The position numbers were made by a program, and so were the translations under genes. From NCBI RefSeq assembly GCF_009914755.1, contig NC_060930.1: DNA of 64,000 nt; one strand, written 5' to 3'. The notes under the pieces are model-generated. The model saw nothing but the letters and a program-made list of their open reading frames with translations. It was not told where the DNA came from and did no database searches. The first letter of the stretch is position 1. Each line of letters starts with the position of its first letter. The DNA is from the human T2T-CHM13v2.0 reference genome, Homo sapiens. Below are positions 17,296 to 32,400 of this stretch, one piece after another.

Positions 17296-18160
17296 TTTTT
17301 TTGAAGATAATTTTAGATTTACAGAAAGCGGCAAAAATAGTACAGAGCTCCCTTGTACCTTCCACCCAGTTTCCCCCTATATTAACAGCTTACAAAGCCA
17401 TAGAACCACGATCAAAACTAGAAAGTTAACCTGGGTCACGACTACTCAACAAACCGTAGGGTGTATTAGGATTTCACCAGTTTTTGCACCAAACAGGCTT
17501 TTTTTTTTTTTTTCCTGTTTCAGGATCATACTTAGAATTTTATGTGGTCATATTTCTTAGTTTCTGCTAATCTGTGACAGTTCCTGAATCCTTCCTTATC
17601 CTTAAAGACCTTGACAATTTTAAGGGGAGGGGTCAGTTATTTTTTCGAATGTCCTTCCATTTGAGTTTGCTATTTTTTTCTTGATTAGAGTGAGATTATG
17701 CCTTTTCAGGGAGGATATCAGAGATGACACGCCCTTCTCAGTGGGACACACGATGTCAATATGTATCACTGGTGACATTAACCTTGATCACTCAGTTAAG
17801 GTGATGTCTGCCAGGATTCTTCACCGTAAACTTTTATTTTTCTCCTTGTAATTACTAAATGTTTGGGGTAGGGATATTTTAAAATTCTACGAATTTCCTG
17901 TTTCTGCATATACTTTTGCCCGCTCATTCTAATCCATCTAATCCACATCTGCCCATCTAATGCATCCATCGGTGGGACTTTCTCGTGGCAATTCTTACTA
18001 TGAGTTCTAATGATGTTTTCATACTGCTTCCTTCCTCGTTTGTTTATTAACTGAAATTCTGCTGCAGGGAAGAGTCATTCCTTTTCCCTTATTTATTTAT
18101 TCATTGGACTCGTTGGATATTTTATTCTTTGGGTTATAATCCAGCATTTATTTCCTTACC
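17296..18160 (-). mobile_element. L1MC-like 3'UTR fragment
   Basis: ttttagatttacagaaag...aaaatagtacagag...cacccagtttcccc; ggtgacattaaccttgatcactcagttaaggtg. Confidence 0.75.
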
Positions 18161-19918
18161 CAGTTATTCTAAGCTGTAGCTAGATATTCTACCATTTCAG
18201 AGCAGACACAGCCACATTGTGTCCTGTGTTACAGGTTGTCCCTCATGTCTTAAGACAAGAACAGGCACACAGCGGGTATTCAGCTCATCTGTTCATTCAT
18301 TTGACAGGTTATCTTGAGGGCCTTGTGTTAGGTGTTAGAGTTACAAGAAATAAAACAATTCCTCTGTCCGAGTGGTTTACAGCCTAGTTAGAAGAGACCT
18401 ACAGGCACATTTGCAAGTCCTTATTAAAAGTATTAGGCAAGTACAGCAATGGCCCAGAAGAAAACATAGTCAACTCTACCTGGAGAAAAAGGGGTGTGGC
18501 AATTGGTAGGCAGGAAAGACTTCCTTAAGACCAAGCAGCATCCTGCTTCCCTTCTATTGTACTGCTTGCTCTATAAAAATCAATGGGCATATAAAATTTC
18601 TAGAGACACACGCCATCACACAGTTAGCAGGTACTCCAAGCCCCTGAATCTTCTAAACTAATTCCCCACATCAAACCTCAAGGGCACACTATTTAGGAAG
18701 ATTTAATGCAATAAACTCAGACTCTTTATATAGTGACTATGTGCTTTTCTAGGAAAATTGGAAACAGCTAAGGTAAAAAAAAAAAAATCTGAAAAGTCAT
18801 TTGTCTTAATCCAGTCTTCAAATCCAATTTCATCGTTTTTATTCCTTCACAGGGAATAATGAAGAGCAAATAAGGAATATCATCAGAGAAAGATGGACTC
18901 CCTAAGTCTCTTTACTTAATTCAATTTTCTTGTACTGCTCTTACAGTATTTTCCAAACAAAGCTGTTCTTTTCTACATATGATAGTTCAGCCCAGCAAAT
19001 GTCCTCAGGAATAATAAACAAACAGTGGGGGCATATTTTCTGCCACAAATTACACTCTGCAACATTCTTCATCCAAAGCATTTTCAATTCCAAGCAAGCA
19101 AAGACACAAGGAAAATACACTGCCTTATTACAAGAACTGCACACAATAGAGAATCTGTATTCAGACACTTATTGACACTTAAACCTGTTAATATGTAACT
19201 CCTACTATTGTTCTAAAGGATGAATAAGCAAATTCTCCTGCACATATAATGTTACATCATGCACTTTAATTACAATAGTAAATACTGCCGAAAGGAATTT
19301 TACTTTCACTGTTTCATATCACCTTTTCTAATTAATGTCAATGTGTCTTTTCCATGTAAGAGAGCATACAGCAGAGGCACATATGTGTTGTGTCTTTGTG
19401 TATCTGCCCAAATGTACACATATTCATGAATGCACATACAAATAAGCTCTTATGCACACAGAGTAACCCCCATGTTAGCATGCATTTATAAATACAGCTG
19501 GCCCCACCCCGAGCATGCATGGAGTATACACAAACAGCATAAAGGCCAGTTGACTTCCTTTTGCTTTTATAGGAGATTGACATAAAAAGCTAAAAAAAGA
19601 CAAGTAGACACTTCATGGAGCCTGTGATTAAGAGAGAAGCTAATGAGACAGATGGGCTGATGCATAAAGGGAACTTCAGCACACCAGCCCACACTCAGTA
19701 AAGATTTACCGTGCTTCACTGTCTCCGTTTCAGTCTTCATCATGTGGCATGCTACTTACATTACTCTTGTCCCCAGACCACAGACACACCCCGCTTTTCT
19801 CTGCCCAGACCTCCCTAAATTAGGATTATCAAATGACACAAGATAGCAGTCTTCTGCTTTAATGTTGTTATTCAAGGTTTACTCACAGGCAATATTTACT
19901 ATAAAATCTTGTGGTTTG

Positions 19919-20720
<802 letters not shown>

Positions 20721-23700
20721 TTTTATTACATTTTTCTTGAATTCATTTTTGGTTCTATTTTATAATAGTAGACTCTATAAATTCTGCTCATTACATAAAC
20801 ATTTTATGTGCTTCTAAATGAAACTGACTCTTTAATCTCTAAATTTTTTGGTAACGTTCTATTTTCTGGTTAAACTAAAATGCCCAGGTTCCCTTATCAT
20901 CTGCTTTCTTTATTCCCTGGAATCTTCCTTTTGAGAGATATGATGTTCCATTATCTGAGGATCTGAGGATTTCTAACTATGTTGACAAATCTTCCTTTTG
21001 CTTTTTAAAAACTGTTGCTGCACATATTGCTGAGTAGCTTTCAAATTTATCCACTACGACTTCCACGCTCATATCCTAATATTTATCACAATGGCTACCC
21101 CATTCCAGAAAATCTGAAGAGTTCTACATTTGTACTCAACCACATCTACTTCTCGAATCTTCTTTCTCTGTCACTGTTATTCCCAAGATCCTGGAATTAA
21201 ACAGAAGAGTTTTCCTTTCTGGTCAGTCAGTTCATCCTTCCAGAGCCAGCCCAAAGGGTGCTTTAACATCACTCCTTCTCAGCTGAGTACTTTCTGATGT
21301 TATAACATGCTTACCTACAACACTATCTTATGCAGGGGGCAAAAGGAAGAGGTAGCTTTAAAAAGACAGATCCATTTATGTGCCAGCACAGCCTGATAAC
21401 TAGAGTAGCAGGAAAAAGAGAAAAAAAAAAAAATCACAAGACGATAGATCAATGGGACATTAGATAAGCCCCCCTTTTTGGGGTGTGTGTAGGGGATTCT
21501 TGACTGTGGTCACTATATTCCAGCAGTGACACAAGTTAGAGCTTCTGGGGCTGAAGTCCGCATTGTCTAAACAGGACAGTCAGACTTTGGGGCAAACCAT
21601 CCTCCCATCTTATTGCCCAATTCCACTTTCCCTGCTGTTTTAATGGGATTATTTTGGAATCTGCTATTTCTGTCTCACTCCTTTTCCCCAAACTGTCATA
21701 TAAGTACTGCAGCTTGACTACTTCCCAGCTGCCAAATTTCACTCCAGAGATGGCTGTATTTCAGTGGCAAGTGAAGTGATGATCCCTCTGTGTCATCGAA
21801 ATACTCATTTAAGGGGTTAAGCATCTGGAAGAGGGTTGCCTTTGTGCATGAACAGAGTGTTTTTGTTTTGGTTTGTTTTATTGTCTATCCTGGAGAAGGA
21901 GGTCATTAGCTCCACCTGAGCAAGATGGAAGACACACACCAAAAAACACTCTATGCAGCCACTAAAATGCACGGGGAAAACAGAAACAGTGACCGCTTTT
22001 CATAGGTTCTTTTCCACAGGGACTTCAAAGTCTTAAAGCATCAAGGTTGCAAAATGATGGTAATTTTTAGAGGTGGAAGAAACCTCTGAGAGCAAACCAC
22101 TCATGTTACAGATGGAGAACTTGGAAGCACAGGGTCACTGAGTACCTTGGTCAAAGCCCCCCCCCCCCACCCGCCGATTCATTCCCAAGTCCAAGGGCGT
22201 TTCACTTGAATTTTGAATTTGGCTTTATCTGCAGACACACTCAGAGTATCACATCTCCGTCAGTCAAGTCAAGCACAGACCCAGCTTCTAAAGCACACGG
22301 CATCAGCACTGAATTCTTGTTTTGTTTGGCTATGTTTATTTGTTTAGGTACTCAGGAAAATCTCCACCAGGAAAAAATACAGGGTGTTGAACAGAGGGGG
22401 AACAGAACACAGTAGATACAGTAGCAAGAAATGTTTATTGAGCATTGACTATGTGCCAGGCCAGGCAATGTTCTCAGGTTTATATGTATACAATTCTGAC
22501 AGTGGCTCTGTGGCTCCCATTTTAGAGAGAGAGAGAGAGAGAAGAATGATTATTTTGGAAGAGAAAACAAGAGGGACAGCATATAATTGCCAACTCAAAA
22601 AAAAACTACCTTCCCAAATTTTACTAAAACATTCAGCAAAAATCTAAAAAATTACCAGTGATATACTTCTCACTTATTCTGAAGAGATGATCCTTCTTAA
22701 TACTTTTGGCATATAGCTGCTTCTTGCTAATAAAAAAAAAGTACTTCCAAGATGTTCTGTATATTATTTCCAAATCTTATAACAGTTGTTTCAACAATCA
22801 GTGAATGAATGATTCACTATTTGAACACTGATGAAATGAGAAGCACTAATGATATTCAGGGAGCACAGATCTTGAGTTAGGGAGAAAGGGAACTGGATGT
22901 TCATTTTCTCTTCCACCGCTGAATCCTATAATGTCAAAAGCTCTCCTATCTCACATTCCTGAATTTAGAAAACATATTTAAATGCTTCATTTCATTTGAT
23001 AACCTCTAAGAGAAAAAAATAGTGATTTGAAAAGTACCATAGAATACTGTCATTTTGATAAAGCTGTATGAAAGTTGGATTTCTACCTCGAGTTTTGCCC
23101 GCACTTTGAGTAGTATGGTTTGCCAACATTGAAAGCAGCATTAGTGTAGCAGGGGAAGGTCTGTGCAGCAGTCTGCTTTAGGGTAGCAATAAGAAAGACA
23201 AAATTGTAAGCTTTGATATCAACCATTTTCTAATGTGTTTTAAGAGTAAACACAGATGATGGAATAGTCTACCTTATTTCATGAGAGTTATTACAACTAT
23301 GTGAATGTTTCCATACTGACACCAGAAATCATATTATTTATAAAACTTTCAAAGAATAAAATGCTTCATAAAGAAGCCTGGTAAGTTATTTTAAAACTTT
23401 AAAGTATCCAAAATAGTTTAAAAGCTACGCCTACATATAAAACACAATATACTCTTGAATCTTTGACCCTACATTTTTTCGCTTTTCCTAAAAAAATCAT
23501 TAAATGTCTCAAAATAATGCCTTTACCCAAACTGGCTATGAATTATGGAGGCTATCTACAGATTGAAGGAAGGGTGGGAGAAAAGGGAAGGGCATATTTA
23601 TGCTGAAAGATAAATTTTGGGGAAGTCTGTGTTTTAAATACTTAATATCAGTAGGATTTTCTTAACCTTAGAAATGTACATTTCAACCTTTTTCATTTCA

Positions 23701-23869
23701 TTTTCAACCTTATGATATAGATGTAGTCGAAGGGTTGAGAGGGACTCACAACCCTACAGTTTTTCTTTTTGTGTTTCTGTAGGATAAAGGAAACATTTCC
23801 TAAGAGCTGAGGGGCGGGGTGGGTTACATACGGTGCCTGAAGGGGAAAAGACCCCATGTTCGAGAATGC

Positions 23870-23871
<2 letters not shown>

Positions 23872-23917
<46 letters not shown>

Positions 23918-23927
23918 TGTGTGTGTG
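23872..23927. repeat. (TG)n(CG)n(TG)n microsatellite
   Basis: Read directly from sequence. Confidence 0.95.
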
Positions 23928-26679
23928 CTGGGTGGGTGTGTGGATGGGGAGTAGGGGATGATATGGGCAACTCAACTGGACATGTTAAAGAAAGAAGAAA
24001 ACATCTGGGTAGAGTACGTGGTGGATGTTTGAGGGCCCGAAGAGAGCAGCTGACCAGGGAGGGATACAATAGAGAAAAAGGTTCGTCAAAGACAGTAAAT
24101 CCGAAGCTAAAAATGCAGCCTTTACCAAATGCAGGTCAAGGCCTAAGGAGATAAAAGAAATCTCTGAGCAGAGCCTGTTATTTAAGAGACCACTAAAAGC
24201 ACCCAGGAATGGAGGGAGGAAGGTAAGAAGAACCACAATCCCACAAACAATGCTGAGTGGAAGGGTACCAAATAGTAAAGAGGTCAAGATGTGACAAATG
24301 GAGGGGCTATTATTTAGATCTGGAACCTAAAATCTGTTTAAAGTGAACTAAATAAAGTTAATTATGCATGTGCACAAAAGGTAGGATTAATTATATAATT
24401 AATCTCACTCTCTGAGGTGAATTATAGTGGGTAAAGTAAGAAAAAGGATATGGTTAATAAGAGAACAAGGTACACGTGTTCTGGTGCACCTCGATTCTTC
24501 CTTTGGGTGGTTAAGAAAAATCACCATACTGTGATAAAGACACGGTGACATCCATCTTTCTAACATGTTTGTAGAGTTATAAAAAGTAAAAGACTCATTT
24601 CACAATTTCTTAAGGATATGGATTGTCAATAAGATGCATCATTTACATTACCTAAATTGAGAGATGAGTAGCCCGATGATCTTTACTGGCCCTAGCAACT
24701 GTGCATTCGAGGGGTGTTAGACAGTACGCTTCTCTCCTTACCTTCTTCATTTCCTGGCCTGGTCCGGCTGTCAACAATCACAACCTCATTGTCAGTCCCT
24801 GACTATTCTCTGGTTCTTTCTGTTCTATGCCTTCCAGATCAACAGGTCTGTCTCCCCTGGTTTCTCCAGTTTCCAATTTCAGATGCACCTCTTGCCTCCT
24901 TTTAGAATGGTCCAGTTCATCTCCCCTGTTCCCCCAAACCAGTTATGATGGTGTTGACTGTATCTCCCTGAGAACTGTAAACTCCATTAGGGCCAGTCTT
25001 TTGTCAATCTTGTTTTCCTCCATTATCTTCAATGCCCAGCCCTATACTGGGACATAGCTGCCCCTAAAAAGGCCTTTGCTAAATTAATAAATGAGTGAGG
25101 AATGACTGAATGGGATTAAAATTAAAGACCTTGTCTCAGTTTCTCACAATTCAAAAGTTGTGCTTTAACTTTGTGCTGGCAAAATCCTAAGACACCCCAA
25201 AGTCCCCATGGGACTTTGCGAACTAAGATTTCAACAATGATTCTGCCTGGTCTTGCAGATAGGTCTTGTACATGAATGCAAAAATGGTGTGGGCAACCAT
25301 GTGCAGTATATGGAAACAACCAAAAACTGCTGACCACAGATCTGAGGTCACAGCACAATTAATATGGTTAAGTATTTCCCACTCTCCTGTCTCCCTAGAG
25401 AAATTTATTCTGGTAAGCCCTTGACAACCAACACGTCTGCATTTCTGCACACCAGCCAGTGATCCACAGCAAGAGAATCCTTTCTTCCTCTCTGAGTCTT
25501 TATTGATTTTGTAGTTTGGGAGGAAGCTAAGTGCTATTCAAATACCAAATGTTCCATATGGTAGTGTTATTACCATTCCCACTACCGTTACTTGAGGCCT
25601 TCTACCTACACTCATGAGGTGCCTCATCAGAATCTGGCAGAACATTATGAACTCTTTTCCTGACCTATATTTGCTAACACATTTGTTGTCCTCTCTCCCT
25701 CTATGAACTTATTAATTTTGTTGAAATAATATACATGTGTGTATAAATCCAAGTTTTGTTTTCTTATTCATCCTCATAGTCACAGGGGAATGATTTATGA
25801 CACATTAAGGAGGTATTCTTAAGCTAACATGTCTTAATTAGGAATTCAGATATTCCTCTTCTGCTGAGAAATACAGAGCTGTTCAAATTAGACCAGAAAT
25901 TAGGGCCAAAACGAATGCAGCGTCTACATACACAAGCTCATAGCAGGGTAACCAGTGAAAGGCAGAGGCTGAAGCCGTACACGTCGTTCTGTGTTTGTCT
26001 CCTTCATGCCAAATGATTCTTTGACCACTTTTCCTTTCACTTTTCAACGTTACGATGGAGCCAAAGGGTCAAGAGATTCACAAACCTACAGCCTTCCCCT
26101 TCATGCATCTGTAGGATAAAGCATGCGTTTCCTAAGAGCTGGGTGTGGCGGGGGGGTCTCTTCATCTACCTTCTCTTTCATTTATTTAGTGAAATGAAGC
26201 TTATTTAGTAATGACGGGAAGAGATGAGCCAACTAGGGCAGCTCACATATGGTGCCAGACGGTGAGGGACTCTGTGCCCAAGGCACTTGCTGTACCACAG
26301 GAGCTAGGCAGCCCTGGCTGGGAAGGAAGCTCTGCTCTCACCCAACGGCTGCTCCAAGGGTGCCCCCAGCCAGGTGATCCAGACAGCCATGGTTTCAAAG
26401 CTCTGTGAAAAATGGGTCTCTGACTTGAAAACTTGAATCAGGAAGTCTCTCCAGGACTGGGATTACTCCACTAATACAAATTAAATCCATTCAGAAGTAT
26501 GCTAAACCCTTTTTGTAGATACTAGAGGAGGATGAAAAGAGGGAGGAAAGAGAGGCAAAGTAATTTTGGAAGATTAGGATTATACTATGGTTCATGCCAA
26601 TACCCTACATTTGTTTACTTCTATATTGATCATTTTCTCAAATGATTAAATACTCCTGAAATAGGAGTTTTAACGATTT

Positions 26680-26850
26680 TAAACATTTCATATATATTAT
26701 TTGCAGCAACACCCAAGGGAGAAGGGTACTATTATTATCCGAATTTTACATGCAAAGTAACTTGCCCAATGTCACACTTCAAGAAAACAGCAGAGCTGGA
26801 ATTTGAGCCCAGGCAGCCTGAAGCTTGCAATCTTATCTACAGCTTTTCCA
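26680..26850 (-). mobile_element. MIR
   Basis: aagtaacttgcccaatgtcacac...cagagctggaatttgagcccaggcagcctga. Confidence 0.7.
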
Positions 26851-26897
26851 TCATATGGCACTAACATAGTTATATTTAATCATGTTCCCGATATTGG

Positions 26898-26899
26898 AC

Positions 26900-26956
<57 letters not shown>

Positions 26957-27002
26957 TATATATATATACACACACACATACATATATAGGCACATACATA
27001 TT
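26898..27002. repeat. (TA)n(CA)n compound microsatellite
   Basis: Read directly from sequence. Confidence 0.95.
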
Positions 27003-27379
27003 TTTAAACTAATGAGCAGTATAACTTCAGATACATATCTAATAAAATTTTTTTATTAAATACCTTTTTGCTCTTTTTAAGAAATGAAAAATTATGCTTT
27101 CCACTGAAAAATGATTGTATCTAGTGATTTCATAGTTGTCTAAAAATACTTGGCCAGAAAGGAAGAACTTAAAATTCCCTAGGACCCTTCTACTCCTTCT
27201 GGATTTAATATTATTTCTGAAATGTCGAAATCTGGTAAGTTTCAAGGATGCTGCTGTCTAATGGAGGAAGGTTCTACAAAACAGTACAATTTACTTGACT
27301 TACAAATGACCCCCCCCACCCCCAAAACCCAAAATACATGGAAACACCATTTTGCATAATCAGTCAGCAAAAAACTCTT

Positions 27380-28100
<721 letters not shown>

Positions 28101-28455
28101 TCTTAATAATCTCTACTACTTCTACAATCTCTACTACCATTTGATGTTTGTCTCTCTAAGTGAATTTATAAATCTATAAATTTATAAATGCCTTCAGAAT
28201 TATCAGCAATGCCTTGTCATCTATCCTAACTAGTGACCTCAAAATAAGTAGAAGTTATTTCCTTTCCCATAAAAAAGCAAGGGTTCCATTTTTATAAAAG
28301 AGACAGTAGGAAAAAATGGAGTCTACATGAATAGACATGTGTATGTTGTGTGTGTATGTTTGTGTGACCAGATATGTATACACCCCCACCACTATCTTGG
28401 GGACTTTACAACTCAATGATAATTATTTTCCTTTAAAGCTTTTGGAGATGTTTAC

Positions 28456-28583
28456 CTGTACCATGTGCTTTCATCACAATGGAGAACCATAAGCTATCAG
28501 TTCCTTGCAGCAGATCTTTTCACGAAGATTTTGCTTGAGTAGAAAGGGTGGCAGTGGAGAATCTCAGTGTAAAACGCCTAGAC
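28456..28583 (-). other. ATXN1: 128-nt non-coding 5'UTR exon of ATXN1 (ataxin-1)
   Basis: Minus strand reads cctaac (branch point, about -32)...tttttataattacAG|GTCTAGGCGTTTTACACTGAG...GAAAGCACATGGTACAG|GTaaac. Canonical AG/GT, stops in all three frames. Sequence recognised from memory as ATXN1 mRNA 5'UTR; not database-verified. Confidence 0.85.
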
Positions 28584-28688
28584 CTGTAATTATAAAAACA
28601 ATATTCTCACTGAGTTAGGCTGCTTCTGTGGTCTTCATTCACATTCGCTGAAGTCACAGAAACGGGAAACATCATATTGCATAATCTC

Positions 28689-28743
28689 TCACACACACAT
28701 GCACACACGCAAGCATGCGCACACACACACACACACACACACA
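28689..28743. repeat. Interrupted (CA)n microsatellite upstream of the exon acceptor
   Basis: Read directly from sequence. Confidence 0.95.
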
Positions 28744-29413
28744 AGGTTTTTAAATCAGAATGTCAAAAACTCAGCAGGCAGAGACACAGCAGGTCCCTAT
28801 CCCCAGGGATGAGTGGGTTCTGGCCAGGGGTTGCTTCCCACCCCATCTCCTCCCCTTGAGGACACCACTATCAAAATAATCCCGTTCCTGCCCCTCCTTC
28901 CCTGCTCAATGATTCTAAGATTTCTAAGAAATAACAAGCAGTCAGTTCTTCATAGAAAATGTCAGAAACATTGCTGAATTTGATGCTCTCTTTCTCTAAG
29001 ACTCCTTCTAGCCACAAAATTATGCAAATTCAGTGCATGTATTTACCATTCCGGCCTCACTTTCACTTTTGAAACTACACATGCCTCTTTGTTAATAACT
29101 CAGTTAAGACATGATGTCAGTGATGGCCAAGGTCATCACGAACATTGATTAAACATTTACTATGTTCTGGGCCATGTGCTAAGGGCTTTACACACATTGC
29201 CCCACTCCACTGCAGTCTGTGAGGTGGCCAGGAATCATGTTTACCTCTGCATTATTGACAAGAAAACTGACAGTAAATACAGCCAACGGATGTTAAAGCC
29301 AGTACTTAAGCCAACAGTTCACAGAGGTCATGCTTAGGATTCTAGTACTATACCATCTCTTCAAGGCTGATCTTTCTACCAACACTTCTGTAGTTAGTAT
29401 TAAAACATATCGG

Positions 29414-29705
29414 GGCTGGGGCATGGTGGCTCATGCCTGTAATCCCAGCACTTTGGGAGGCTGAGGTGGGCGGATCATGAGGTCAGGAGATCGAGACCAT
29501 CCTGGCCAACATGGTGTAACCCCATCTCTACTAAAAATACAAAAATTAGCCACGCATGGTGGTGCGTGCCCGTAATCCCAGCTACTCAGGAAGCTGAGGC
29601 AGGAGAATCACTTGAACCGGAAGGCAGAGTTTGCAGTGAGCTGAGATCATGCCACTGCACTCCAGCCTGGTGACAAAGCAAGACTCTGTCTCAAAAAAAA
29701 AAAAA
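29414..29705 (+). mobile_element. AluSc-like
   Basis: ggatcatgaggtcaggagatcgagaccatcctggcc. Confidence 0.9.
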
Positions 29706-30316
29706 GTATCAAATCACTATCACCTCATTTTTCCCAGAGGGTTATGTCACCTAGTCTTAAAATTACTATTATTTGTTTTGGATTTGACTGTACTTTGATT
29801 TTAATTCCCAAGCTCAAGTGAAACCGACATGTTCATATTTCAACTGAGTGTAAGTTGGTGGTTATTTTAGTAAATTAAAAATGCTAAGTAATCCCAAATC
29901 CAGATGCCAAAACACTAAGCAGAAACCTAAAATCCACGTCCTGCCTAAGCGGCTAAATTTCATTAGAAACAAGTCAGATGATAACATCAAAAGGCATATA
30001 TGAATTCCAAAGTAAAGATATGAAAATGAAGAGAGGAATTTCGATATCTAATACAGCCATGTCTTAAAAAATTCTTAAACATGTTTACCTGTTCACAAAG
30101 TCTACATACTAATACAGATCTTAGAATCACTGCAACACAAAATGGATATGAGCATATCAAGAAATCAACAAAATTATGTATGGGTCCCACAATAACTCTC
30201 CTTTTGTATATGTGTAGGCATTTATTTGCACTATTTTTGTTATGCCTCTGCCTTTGCATATGACACTCCCTTTGATTAACATGCTTTGCCTCTCCTTGCC
30301 ATTTAGAAAATTCCTA

Positions 30317-30633
<317 letters not shown>

Positions 30634-30739
30634 TCATTTTTCAAGGCCAACCTTGAGCTTAAATAGCTTAAATTCCATTGTGATGTCATCCTCATCTATC
30701 CCCTAATGTTTTCTGGAAATCTAAGCAGAATAGATTCTG

Positions 30740-32040
30740 CCTCACCTACGTTTCCTAGCTCAGTGATGGCATCAACATCACTCTGACGTCTTCCTCTCCC
30801 AAATTATGCCCCATATTCAACCATGCAGCCATACTCCTCAACTCCCTCCGCTCCTCTCCGGCACCACCCTGGCTCATCTGGACTCTTTCCCTGGCCCCCT
30901 AACACGTCTCCCCGCGTCCACCCTGCCACCCTACTACCTTCCTTGGCTCCTGCCTAAGGCATTGCAGTGGCTTTCCATTTCTAAACATGGCCCCCAAAAC
31001 CTGCATTCTCTTCCAACTTGCACTACAGCATGGCTGGCTTACTTTCAATTCCTTAAAAGGACCTTGCTTTCCCAGGCCTTAAAGCCTTTGCACATGACTT
31101 CCTCCTTGCTAAGACTTCTCCTCAAATCACCCACCCCTTCTATCAAATGACCTTGTATTCTTTTCTCCTTCAGCTCTCAGCTCAGTCCTCTTCTCAAGGG
31201 AGACTTCCTCAGCCAGGTCACCACCTCCTAGGACACACTTGTATAGAATGACCCTCCCTGGTTATAGTAGTCATTTTGTAACTTTTACATTTTTTGGTTG
31301 ATTCATTGATTAATGCTTGTTTTCCCCCACGAATCAATAAACTCCAGAAAGGGAGAACTGTGTCCACTCTCACCCCTCCTTTCATCTTTGGGATTCAATG
31401 GAAAGCTTTGCACATTATGGGCACTCAATAAAATCTTCTGAGTGAATAAATGAGCCAAAGAAGGAGGGAAGGAGGAAGGGAGGGAGGAAGGTAGGAAGAA
31501 AGGAAGGTCATCCCTTAATCATACTGATTTAATTAGTGTTGATTGGATTCATCTGTAAATCGTTTTCCAGCACACAGAGTATGACATCTACATTCCTTTG
31601 GGTAACATGCAAGGCTCCTTGAGCTCTGACCCCAGCCAGCCGGGTCTCTCCTCCTGCTGCACTTGACCCTCAGCACCTCCAAGTCCCTCCCTGTAGCTCC
31701 CTGACCCCATCTTGTTTCCCTCATCTCCACACCCTTCTCTCTTCTGTTCCCCCCACACATCATCTTTTCAAACTCACTCAGTCTTCAAGTCTCAGGGCTG
31801 GGGACGCTTCTCTGTGAAAAACTCCCTGACACCTTCTGGGAAGTGGGGGCCCTTTTCTCTCATTTTTCTACAACCCCTGTACCTATCCCTATTAAAGCAA
31901 TTATCATATTTTCCTGTACTTGTTCCTTAACCAAGTCCATCTCTCCCACCACAACCTAAGTCCCTTAAAGGCAAGAAAGAGGTATCCCCTCATCATAGTA
32001 CCCCAGAGTTTCGTACAGCAGCGTGGCACATAAATTAACA
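30740..32040 (+). mobile_element. L2 fragments
   Basis: C/T-rich L2 3' motifs; ggcactcaataaaatcttctgagtgaataaatga tail. Confidence 0.6.
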
Positions 32041-32249
32041 ACAACAAAAAAAAGAAATGTGTGTATATACACGCACACATATATATTATATAATCTACAT
32101 TTATATATTATATATACATACTTATATATTATATATACATCACACACATACACACACGTTTCATACTGCAAAGTTCCAGAGCTGGGCATCTGAAATATAC
32201 GATTAATAGAGAATGTTATTATTAAATGTGGTAAGGCATAATGATTACA

Positions 32250-32400
32250 AATTCATCTGTGAAACGGGCTAATAACACCTACCTCACAGGGTTGTTACGA
32301 GAGTTAACTAAGCTACATAAGTAAAATGTTTAGCACAGAGCTCAGTATACTGGAAGCACTCCATAAATATTAATTGTACAGCCATTATCACTATCAGTAT
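32250..32400 (+). mobile_element. MIR
   Basis: catctgtgaaacgggctaataacacctacctcacagggttgttacgagagttaa. Confidence 0.75.

Noticed and set aside
24460-24482. GGTACA-cg-TGTTCT resembling a steroid-receptor element
   Set aside because: Spacer is 2 nt rather than the required 3 nt; an isolated motif is not evidence.
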